64,000 nucleotides of DNA, from the NCBI GenBank assembly GCA_964291285.2, contig OZ219789.1, positions 192,001 through 256,000 on the forward strand. Reading direction: 5' to 3'. Shown piece after piece: positions 54,730-64,000 of the stretch. The translations under genes and the position numbers were made by a program. Source of the stretch: Alphaproteobacteria bacterium. GTDB taxonomy: Bacteria; Pseudomonadota; Alphaproteobacteria; Bin95. The notes under the pieces are model-generated. The model did no database searches, had not been told where the DNA came from, and worked only from the letters and a program-made list of their open reading frames with translations. Position 1 is the first letter of the stretch, and each line of letters begins with the position of its first letter.

Positions 54730-57700
54730 GTGACCATCGAGAATCCCTTCCAGGGCCAGTTGTTCGCTGACGGCTTTCTCTGCGAAGCGATTGCCGAATC
54801 GGAAGACTGGAAGGCGTTCGACGATGCGGCGCTCGACAAGCTCCGGGCGGATCTGCGCGCCCTGTTCGACGGGTTCCCGGCGGACAGGGCGCCCAACGAG
54901 GCCCAGACCGAGACCGACCTGATCCGCCCGGTGCTGGAACGGCTCGGCTGGGCGGCGAGCCTCTGGCAGCAAAGGCTTTCGGCCCACGGACGCACGCATG
55001 TGCCGGACGGCCTGCTGTTCGCCGACGACGCGGCCAAGGACCGCGCCAACCGCCTGCCGGAGCAGGACCGCTACCGCCACGGCCTCTCCATCGTGGAATG
55101 CAAGCGCTGGGGCCGTCCGCTCGACCGGCGTTCGGGCGCAGACGGCATCGAGGCCGCGCCCGCGACGCAGATGCTGAGCTATCTCGGCCGCGCGGACGTG
55201 ATGACGGAAGGCGGGCTGCGCTGGGGCATTCTCACCGACGGCGCGGTCTGGCGGCTCTACTGGTGGGGCGCGCGCTCGGTCGCGGAGCAGTTCTTCGAAG
55301 TCGATCTGGCCGACGTGCTGGACCTGCCGGGCCGCAACGAGGGCCTGTTCGCGCTCGACGAAGAGGCGCGGCGGCACTGGCTCCGGGTCTTCGCGCTCGT
55401 CTTCCGGCCGGAAGCCTTCCTGCCGGGCGAACCCGACGGGCGCAGCTTCCATCTGCGCGCGATAGAGGAAGGCCGGCTCTACGAGGCGAAGGTCGCGAAG
55501 GACCTGTCCGGGCTGGTGTTCGGCGAGGCATTTCCCAGGCTGGCGGGCGCAATCGCCGGGGCCGCACCGGATGCGCCTCTGGACGAAGTGCGCGAGGCCG
55601 CACTGGTGCTGCTCTACCGGCTCATGTTCGTGCTCTATGCGGAGGACCGCGGCCTGCTGCCCGTGCGCGATCCAAGCTATGACTATGCGCTGCGCGAGCG
55701 GGTGCGCAAGGATGTCGGCCGGCGCAAGGATGCGGGCGACGCCTTTTCGATCGTGGCGGCGAACTACTGGTCTGCCCTGGACGACCTCTGCCGGATTATC
55801 GACGGCGGCGACGCCTCCATCGGCCTGCCCGCCTATGACGGAGGCCTGTTCGATGCCGAGCGCGCGCCGCTGCTGGCGCGGGTCCGGCTTCCCGATGCGG
55901 TCATGGCCGACATCGTCGATGCGCTCTCCTTCCGGCGCGGGCCGGACGGGCGGCGCTATATCAACTACCGCGAACTCGGCGTGCAGCAGCTCGGCTCGAT
56001 CTACGAGCGGCTGGTGGAGCGCGAACTGGTGCGCGAGGAAGGCGAAATCCGCATACGCCCCAACCCGTTCGTGCGCAAGGACTGGGGCAGCTACTACACG
56101 CCGGACGATCTTGTGGGCCTCGTTATCAACGAGGCAGTCGGGCCGCTGGTCGAGGCCCGTCGCGAGGCGTTCCGCGAAGCGGCGGACAAGGGCGCGCAAC
56201 CGGGGGAACTCGCCCGTCTCGATCCGGCGGAGAAAATCCTCGAACTCCGGGTGTGCGACCCGGCGATGGGCTCCGGGCATTTCCTCGTCAATCTGGTTGA
56301 CTGGCTCGCCGACCGCATCATCGAGGCGATGGCGAAGGCCGAGGAGCTCTCGGGCGGCTATGCCTCGCCGCTCGCCGGGCGGATCGAGGATATCCGCCGG
56401 ACCATCCTTGCCAATGCCGAGGCGGAGGGCTGGACCGTCGATGCGTCGCGGCTCGACGACCGCCATATCGTGCGCCGCATGGTGCTCAAGCGCTGCATCT
56501 ACGGCGTGGACAAGAACCCGATGGCGGTCGAACTCGCCAAGGTATCGCTCTGGCTGCACACCTTCACCGTCGGCGCGCCGCTGTCCTTCCTCGACCACCA
56601 TCTGCGCTGCGGCGACAGCCTGTTCGGCGCCTGGGTGCGGACGGGCATCGACCGAGCGGCCGAATACGATGCGCCGCTGCTGCTGCACGGGCCGATGCAG
56701 GCCGCCGTCGGCGCGGCGGAAGACATGCGCACCGTGGAGGCGCTGACCGACGCCGAGATCGCGGAAGTGCGCCAGTCCGCCGAGACCTTCGCCCTAGTGG
56801 AGGAAAGTACCGGTCCGCTCGACGCGTTCCTGTCCCTCGTGCATGCCCTCGACTGGCTGGCCGTTCGCAGCAAGGAGGACAAGGCGGCGCTCCGGGCCTT
56901 CTTCGACGGGCAATTCGGCGATCCGGTCGAGGTTGCGCTTGGCGAAACCGACGCCTCGAACGGCAGGCCGGAGGCGCAGCGTTTCGCCGAATTGCTGGCG
57001 CAGGCGCGGACGCTCATCGGCGAGGAACGCTTCTTCAACTGGCAGGCGGCCTTTCCCGGCGTCTGGACAAACCTCGAGAGCGTGGAGCGCCGGGGCGGTT
57101 TCGACGCCGTGATCGGCAACCCGCCGTGGGAGCGGATGAAGCTGCAACAGGTGGAATGGTTCGCGGCCCGCCGCCCGGAGATCGCCCATGCGCCGCGCGC
57201 CGCAGACCGCAAGCGCATGGTCGCCGCGCTGGAAACGGCCGGCGACCCGCTGGCGGCGGATTACGACCGGGCGCAGCAACGCACCGACGCCGCCATGAGG
57301 AATGCACGTTGCGGCGGCGATTACCCGCTGCTATCCGGCGGCGACATCAACCTCTATTCGCTCTTCGTGGAGCGCGCGATGGCGCTGGCGAAGCCCGAGG
57401 GCAAGGTCGGGTTGGTCGTGCCGTCCGGCATCGCGTCCGACAGGACGGCGGCGCGCTTCTTCAAGGGCGTCGCGACGGAAAGCCGGTTGCAGGCGCTCTA
57501 CGATTTCGAGAACCGGCGCACACGCTACAAGGAACTGCCCTTTTTCCCCGATGTCGATAGCCGCTTCAAATTCTGCGTATTCCTTGCAAGCCCGTCGCCG
57601 CTTCCCGGCGATGCGCAATGCGCCTTCTTCCTTCAGGACGTGAAGGAACTGAAGGACCCGGATCGCCGCTTCCCGCTGGGCGCGGCCGATTTCGCCCGTG

Positions 57701-58785
57701 TCAACCCGAACACCGGCACCGCGCCCATCTTCCGCTCCCGCCGCGATGCGGAACTTACAACTGCGATCTATGGCCGCCTGCCCGTGCTTGTGGACCGTTC
57801 CTCCGGCAAGCCCGTCAAGGCGTGGCCGGTAAAATATGTGCGGATGTTCGACATGACGAACGACTCCGGCCTGTTCCGCACCCGCGCGGAACTGGAAGAG
57901 AAGGAAGGCGCATGGCCCATCGGCGGCAACCGCTTCGACAGCCCTTCCGGCCAGTGGGTCCCGCTCTATGAAGGCAAGATGGTGCAGACGTTCGACCACA
58001 GGGCAGCGGGCGTGGTCGTCAATCCGGACAATCTCCACCGCCCGGCGCAACCCGAGCCGGCGACCATCGAACGACACCGGGACCCGGACTGGCTGCCTCA
58101 CCCACAATTTTGGGTTTTAGCGAGCGACACTGACCAGCCGAAAACCCCGTTTTTTCTTGGCTTCAAACATGTAACTTCGGTAACCAATGTCCGCTCTATG
58201 ATTGCCGCATTGATTCCCCGCGCCGGCGCAGGAAACTCTTTGCCATTGCTCATGGGCAACGATAATCGACCGTTATTTGCCGGGTTGGCGGCTACAATCG
58301 TTTCAAATCTGAATTCACTGCCGTTCGACTTTGTTTTGAGACAAAAGGTCCAAGGACAGAACCTGAACTGGTTCATCCTTGAACAGCTCCCCGTCGTGCC
58401 GCCGGAGCGTTACGAGGCGGTGCGCTTCGGGCCGAAGACGGCGGCGGAGATCGTGCGCGAGGCGGTGCTGGAGCTGACCTATACGGCGCATGACATGGCG
58501 CCCTTCGCCCGCGACATGGGCCATGTGGACGAGGCGGGCGAGGCGCTGCCGCCCTTCCGCTGGAACGAGAACCGGCGGTTGATGCTGCGTGCGAAGCTGG
58601 ACGCTCTCTATTTCTACCTCTACGGCGTCGCCGACCGCGACGATATCCGCTACATCTACTCCACCTTCCCCATCGTCGAGCGAGAGGAGGAACAGGCGTG
58701 GGGCCACTACCGTTCCCGCGACCTCTGCCTCGCCTGGATGAATGCGCTGGACGCCGGAAAACCCGACGCAGAAGTTCATCTGTGA
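54730..58785 (+). CDS. Type IIG (Eco57I-like) fused restriction endonuclease-methyltransferase
   Basis: N-terminal VPDG...VECK...Q..SYL...WGILTDG nuclease; GSYYTP, CDPAMGSGHFL (motif I), IGNPPW (motif IV), C-terminal TRD; start may be GTG 54730 or ATG 54703. Confidence 0.85.
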   Translation: MTIENPFQGQLFADGFLCEAIAESEDWKAFDDAALDKLRADLRALFDGFPADRAPNEAQTETDLIRPVLERLGWAASLWQQRLSAHGRTHVPDGLLFADDAAKDRANRLPEQDRYRHGLSIVECKRWGRPLDRRSGADGIEAAPATQMLSYLGRADVMTEGGLRWGILTDGAVWRLYWWGARSVAEQFFEVDLADVLDLPGRNEGLFALDEEARRHWLRVFALVFRPEAFLPGEPDGRSFHLRAIEEGRLYEAKVAKDLSGLVFGEAFPRLAGAIAGAAPDAPLDEVREAALVLLYRLMFVLYAEDRGLLPVRDPSYDYALRERVRKDVGRRKDAGDAFSIVAANYWSALDDLCRIIDGGDASIGLPAYDGGLFDAERAPLLARVRLPDAVMADIVDALSFRRGPDGRRYINYRELGVQQLGSIYERLVERELVREEGEIRIRPNPFVRKDWGSYYTPDDLVGLVINEAVGPLVEARREAFREAADKGAQPGELARLDPAEKILELRVCDPAMGSGHFLVNLVDWLADRIIEAMAKAEELSGGYASPLAGRIEDIRRTILANAEAEGWTVDASRLDDRHIVRRMVLKRCIYGVDKNPMAVELAKVSLWLHTFTVGAPLSFLDHHLRCGDSLFGAWVRTGIDRAAEYDAPLLLHGPMQAAVGAAEDMRTVEALTDAEIAEVRQSAETFALVEESTGPLDAFLSLVHALDWLAVRSKEDKAALRAFFDGQFGDPVEVALGETDASNGRPEAQRFAELLAQARTLIGEERFFNWQAAFPGVWTNLESVERRGGFDAVIGNPPWERMKLQQVEWFAARRPEIAHAPRAADRKRMVAALETAGDPLAADYDRAQQRTDAAMRNARCGGDYPLLSGGDINLYSLFVERAMALAKPEGKVGLVVPSGIASDRTAARFFKGVATESRLQALYDFENRRTRYKELPFFPDVDSRFKFCVFLASPSPLPGDAQCAFFLQDVKELKDPDRRFPLGAADFARVNPNTGTAPIFRSRRDAELTTAIYGRLPVLVDRSSGKPVKAWPVKYVRMFDMTNDSGLFRTRAELEEKEGAWPIGGNRFDSPSGQWVPLYEGKMVQTFDHRAAGVVVNPDNLHRPAQPEPATIERHRDPDWLPHPQFWVLASDTDQPKTPFFLGFKHVTSVTNVRSMIAALIPRAGAGNSLPLLMGNDNRPLFAGLAATIVSNLNSLPFDFVLRQKVQGQNLNWFILEQLPVVPPERYEAVRFGPKTAAEIVREAVLELTYTAHDMAPFARDMGHVDEAGEALPPFRWNENRRLMLRAKLDALYFYLYGVADRDDIRYIYSTFPIVEREEEQAWGHYRSRDLCLAWMNALDAGKPDAEVHL

Positions 58786-58815
58786 ATTACTGCCCGACTG
58801 TAGATTGGGCCACTA

Positions 58816-59667
58816 GGTTCAATCGACATACAGGATTCCCTGGGAAGACATTATGTGATTCATGACGCTCCAACTGATTTTCGGTTGGAGTTGGGCGTAT
58901 GGTGAAGCGCTATGAGCTGACGGATGCGCAGTGGGTCCGCATCGAAGGTCTGCTTCTGGGCAAGCCGGGCGATCCGGGGCGTTCGGGAGCAGACAACCGG
59001 TTGTTCGTCAACGCGGTTCTGTGGGTGCTTCGTTCGGGCGCCCACTGGCACGACCTGCCGCCGCGCTATGGGAAGTGGAAGTCGGTGCACAAGCGTTTCA
59101 CACGCTGGGCCAAAGTGGGCGTGTGGGAGAGGGTGTTCGATACCCTGACGGCGGATCGCGACAATGGCTATCTCATGCTCGACAGCACCATCGTGCGCGC
59201 GCATCAACAGGCGGCGACCGGAAAAGGGGGGGCCGGGATCAGGCTCTGGGGCGTTCCAGAGGCGGACTGACGACCAAAATACACATCGCCTGCGACACTC
59301 TCGGACGACCGCTCCGCGTGATCCTCTCGCCCGGACAGGCCGGCGACGCGCCAAAGGCCCTGGCGTTGATGGAGGGGTTTCGGCCCCGCCATGTGCTCGC
59401 CGACGCTGCTTACGACGCCAATGCCATCCGCAACCGCATCGCCGACATCGAGGCCGAGGCCGTCATCCCCTGCAATCCAACGCGAAAGCGTCTCATCGGC
59501 TATGACGCCGAAATCTACAAACACCGAAACCGCATCGAGCGCTACTTCAACAAGATCAAACACTTCCGCCGCATCGCAACCCGATACGACCGAAAAGCAA
59601 TATACTTCCTCGCCTTCATACACATCGCTTCTGCTATCCTCTGGATGCGATGAATGTCGATTCTGCC
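58816..59667 (+). mobile_element. IS5-family (IS427-like) element; orfA 58899-59270 and orfB ending 59653, joined by a -1 frameshift
   Basis: IRs GGTTCAATCGACAT / ATGTCGATTCTGCC within flanking CTAG; GAPWHDLP-like motif, MLDST, slippery AAAAGGGGGGG at 59222, GRSRGGLTTKIH, RNRIERYF. Confidence 0.88.
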
Positions 59668-59865
59668 TAGCGCTCATCCAGACCGAAAAATCCCGGTGCA
59701 CGCCTCGAAATCTCCTCGTCACTGCCATATAGAAATTCTATCTCATACGGAGCGAAATTGCACAGTCTTGAGAGACCCCATACGCTACTGGGGTCGATAA
59801 TATTACCGGGTGCCCCGTGCCCCGTGCGTGAGGAAGGCGCCAAATGAACGACGGTGCAATTCGCA

Positions 59866-62800
59866 ATGCCTGAACTGATTGCAGACGGCCCGGACATTCC
59901 GGCGCGCCTCCTGAACGGGCTGGACGACGGCAATGTCGTTTTCTTCTGCGGCGCCGGGGTCTCGATGGCAGAAGGGTCTGACCTGCCAAGCTTCAAAGCC
60001 CTCGTGAAACATGTATATGATGCCAACCACATCGAAGCCGATCCCGCCGAACGGCAAGCGCTATGTAGCGGGGCCTGGGACAGGGCGCTCGGGCTTCTGG
60101 AACGCCGCCTGGGCGCGAACCACTTGCGGCGCGCGGTCATCGACCGGCTTTCTCGACCGCCATGCGGTGACCTGAAACTCCACAAGGCATTGCTCGAGCT
60201 GTCGCGGACTGAACGCGGCGTCCGACTTGTCACCACCAATTTCGACAACCGCTTTGCCGAAGCGGTGGAAGAGGTCGATGCCGCGCCCCGGCTTCCGATA
60301 CCCAAGCGTCATGACTGGTCGAGCCTGGTGCACCTGCACGGCCGCATCGCACCGAAGGAGGATAGCTCGAACCTGGTGCTGACCGCGGCAGATTTCGGGC
60401 GCGCATATCTGACCGAGCGCTGGGCGGCGAGGTTCGTCACCGAACTGTTTCGCGAATTCTCGGTCGTCTTCGTCGGCTACAGCCTCGACGATCCTGTCAT
60501 GGGGTACATGGTCGACGCCCTTGCCGCCGAGCGGTCAAAGGGCGCGGGCTTCAGAACGGCCTGGGCATTCGCCGCCATGGATGGTTCCGAAGCCGGGATA
60601 TCCAGGGCGCGTGACGCCTGGGTCGCGAAGAATGTCGAACCGATCCTCTATGACGAGCGGGACGGACACCGCCTTCTCGCAGACACACTGATTGAATGGG
60701 CGCGGATCCGAAGCGATCCCCTTCGAGCCCGTTCCCGGATCGCCATCGACGAGATTAACAAGATGCCGGCCGGGCCGGTTGTGGAACGGGTCGTCTGGGC
60801 GCTACAGGACGCATCGGCCGCCAGGGCGCTTGCCGAAGCCCCTCCCATGTCGAACGAGGAGGACCATGCAAAGTTCGAGAAGTGGCTCGACATGTTCGCG
60901 GAAAAGGGTCTGCTGCGCTCTGCCGCTAACGGGACGGACCGGCATCTCGTAGATACCGGTCTCGAATCGGTGAATCCCTACAATCTGGATACGACAAGGC
61001 ATCATCTCTCGGTTTGGCTGGCCAGACATCTGCATGTGCCGCAACTGCTGGCCTGGGCGCTTCGGAACGGCGGTCATCTTCACCCTCATCTTCGCCAGCA
61101 GGTCGAGGGCCGTCTGGCTGAGCAGGCTTCCGCGCCTCCGGACATTCCCGACAGGCTGCGACTGCTCTGGACCGTTCTTCTGGGCAAAAGGCCCGATGAT
61201 CCCTGGAACGGGCGCTGGTTCTCCGACCGTCATCGGGCCGCGACGTCCCCCGACGAACGCAGGCTCATCGAGGACAAGGTCATGGAGAGTATCCGGCCGC
61301 GTCTCGTCGTCCGACCGGGTCTTTCCTTGAGACGGGAATTATCTCTGAATTACGAAAATCCTCCGCAAGCGCCGCAGCCCATCGATACATGCGGACATCT
61401 CGAATTGACGTCGGCATGCGACGGGGTTTGGGCGCTATTCAAGGCTATTCTCGATGACCACGAAGTGCTTTCGAGACACGCCGAGACGCTGACCGATCAT
61501 CTCGAACACGCCCTTTCCCTGGGTAAGGCCGATGGCAATGTCTGCCAGCGGTCGTACCTGTATCGGCCGTCGATCGCGTCCCACGAGCAAAACAACGGTT
61601 CCGACAACTGGACCCGCCTCATCGATCTGGCGCGGGACAGTTATCTTGCGCTGGTTCCCGACGAGAGCCCACGCGCGTACAATCTTCTCCTTCGCTGGGC
61701 GGACTCCGAAGAGCCGCTGTTCGGGAGGCTGGCGCTGCACGCGCTGACCGAAAACCCGAGAGCCGATATTCGGCTTGCCCGGAAACTGCTTCTGGGAGGT
61801 CGAAACCCCGGTCTCTGGGACTGCGACATGCGGCGCGAAACGATGCGTTTTCTGAGATTGGCGGGCAAGCGGTTACCCCGGGATCTCCGCAGCGACATCA
61901 TTGACGCAATTCACGCCGGACCGAAATCGAATAAAATCCGGGAATCCTTCGGCAGTGACGAAGGGTTGCGCAAAGAACAGGCATTGTTCCTGTACAAGAT
62001 GGACATATCCGGGGTAAATCTGAACAAGAAATCAAGAGCGATGGCTGAAACAATAGCCCCGAAAGCGGAGGGAATAGAGGAAGATCCCGACGAATTTCTT
62101 GGGGAGGTAAAGTATGAACGAAGCGGTATCAAGGATTATGCGCCCAAGCATCTCCTCAAGGGTTCAGTCGAAGACATCGTGGTGGAACTCAAGTCCGATC
62201 AGCTCGGTCAGAAGAAACTTCAGGGGCTGGCTGCCCGGAAACCGGTAAAGGTTGTTTCCGCACTGCGGCGACTCGGTAAACAGGGCGAATGGCCTGCACG
62301 GTACTGGCGGGAATTCCTCTGGGAGCTGCCGGAACCAAAGTACCCGGCGAGATTGCATGCCTGTGCGGCAAGAATCCTTGCCGAGGCTCCCGGCGAACTG
62401 TTCGGCGAGGCAGCGTCCGCCGTCGCGGGTTTCGTGAAACAGCTTGCGGACGCATGGGGAACCGATCGGGAAGCCGAATTCGGTGTCCTTTGGACGAAAT
62501 CCTGGACCGGAAAGGGCGAGGGCGGATCGGAGATGGCCGACCGGGACGAAACCCTGACGAACGCCTTGAACCATCCGGCCGGAAAGCTGGCGGAAGCGGC
62601 ATTGACCCGGCTGTCGAAATACGAATTGCGAGCCGGAGCGGGATTCCCCGCACCGGTCCGGCCGTATTTCGACGCCATGGCCGAAGACCCGCTCGGGCAT
62701 CCAGGCCGCGTGCGTCTGGCGACCAGATTGCGCCCGCTGTTTGCGGTCGACCCCGAGTGGACCCGGCGGCACCTGATCGCACGCCTCGCCTGCCTGAAGT

Positions 62801-63279
62801 CACAGGAAGCTGTCGACCTATGGTCTGCATACAGCTGGTCGCCAGGTCTGGGTCCGGACCTCCTGAAAGCCATCAGGGCGCCGTTTCTCGAAATCCTGCG
62901 CGACGACAGGCTGGAAGACCGGAGAATGTGCCGATTGAGAGACCTGTTCATGGCGGTCTGCCTTGATGCGCCGGGAGATCTGACTGAGAAAGAGATTCGC
63001 GACATTGTCGACCCCATGCCCGAACAAGGGCTGGAGACTGTGCTTGGGAGCCTGATGTGGCGTCTCGCCGGGACGCCTGACGAGCGGCGGCGGATATGGA
63101 ACAAGAAATTGTACCCTTGGCTTTGCGAGCACTGGCCCCGAGAGCAGGAACGCAATACCGGAACAACATCGGAAATCATACTGGAAATGCTTGCGGAGTG
63201 CGGCGACGCATTTCCTCAGGGATCGTGTCCCGAGCCGTGGTGTAAGAGCCTGGCGCCCGTGGCGGTGTCCGGCGGGTAG
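59866..63279 (+). pseudogene. dsr1: Defence-associated sirtuin (Dsr1-like SIR2 NADase), C-terminus cut by IS256 at ~63219
   Basis: GPDIP...VVFFCGAGVS, LVTTNFD, LVHLHG, LVLTAADFGRAYLTERWAARFV, FVGYSLDDP; the last ~19 codons derive from the IS end. Confidence 0.78.
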
Positions 63280-64000
63280 GGCCGGTAGGCTCAGGCTGCC
63301 ACGGCGGGCAGCTTGACGGTTGCATTGTCGCTCACGGGAGCGATGGATTCCAGCGTTACGTATCTGGCTCTCTGGACGGCCCATTCGTCGTTCTGCTCGA
63401 GCAGGATGGCACCGATCAGGCGGGTGATGGCGTTCTCGTTGGGGAAGATGCCGACGGTGTTGGTGCGCCGCTTGATCTCGCCATGGAGGCGTTCGAGCGG
63501 GTTTGTGGAGTGCAGCTTGGCGCGATGCGCGGCCGGGAAGGTCATGTAGGCGAGAACATCGTGCTCGGCCTCGTCCATGATGGCGGCGAGCTTCGGCGCC
63601 TTGGGCCTGAGCTGGTCGGCGACCTGGCGCCACTGGGCGGAGGCGCTGTCTGCATCCTCCTGGGCGAAGGCGGTGGTGACGAAGGCGGAGACGACGCGCC
63701 GGCCCTGCTTGCCGGCATGGGCGAGCAGGTTGCGCATGAAATGCACGCGGCATCTCTGCCATGTGGCGCCGAGGATGCGGGTCGCGGCGGCCTTCAGGCC
63801 CTTGTGGTCGTCGGAGATCACCAGCTTGACGCCGCGCAGGCCGCGCCGGGCGAGCGAGCGCAGGAAGTCGGTCCAGAAGGTCTCGGCCTCGGACGCGCCG
63901 ATCGCCATGCCGAGCACCTCGCGCCGGCCCTGGTCGTTGACCGCCACCGCGATGGTGACCGCGACCGAGACGATGCGCCCGGCCTCGCGCATCTTCACAT
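63219..64000 (-). mobile_element. IS256-family element (partial); transposase 63291 to >64000
   Basis: GRREVLG, LVISDDHKGL, WQRCRVHFMRN, STNPLERLHGEIKRR; GGGATCGTGTC terminus. Confidence 0.9.

Noticed and set aside
54730-58785. BREX PglX or DISARM DrmMI assignment
   Set aside because: No brxC/pglZ or drmA/B/D partners are in the window, so it is treated as a stand-alone Type IIG enzyme.
58816-64000. Composite transposon carrying dsr1
   Set aside because: The flanking elements belong to different families (IS5 and IS256), and IS256 interrupts the gene itself.

Overview
High-GC bacterial DNA; gene content and REP-like repeats suggest an alphaproteobacterium. The window has two parts. Bases 1-28.1 kb are mostly core chromosome: two tandem peptide/nickel-type ABC transporter operons, a STAS protein, glnE, a YbdK-like ligase, an M48 peptidase with a YjgN partner, a pair of Asp/Glu-racemase-like genes, an IDH/IPMDH-family dehydrogenase, metY, a lactonase/acyl-CoA synthetase/MFS cluster, a DHA2 MFS and an LLM oxidoreductase. 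Two TA modules are inserted here, and one is flanked by an 87-bp duplication of a host gene's 3' end. Bases 28.2-64 kb are a decaying accessory and defence island with eight IS elements from six families (IS701, IS21 x2, IS1634, IS1380, IS630, IS5, IS256). It starts with an RTX-repeat protein and a Zn-ribbon DNA methylase. The methylase's cognate endonuclease gene was hit by three separate insertions, two of which carry a nested IS, and it rebuilds in frame to about 263 aa. Next comes a remnant of a conjugative-element leading region: an RHH gene, a palindrome-rich oriT candidate, DUF2493, ssb and a five-repeat Cys4 Zn-finger protein. A 233-bp direct repeat then brackets a RelE/HTH TA, a DUF5131 + TcmP pair and a Type ISP relic. 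The island ends with a Type IIG R-M gene and an IS-truncated Dsr1-like sirtuin. The best candidate for an uncharacterised system is the intact DUF5131 (radical-SAM-like) + TcmP (methyltransferase-like) pair in this cassette. All family calls come from motif recognition by eye; no database searches were run.
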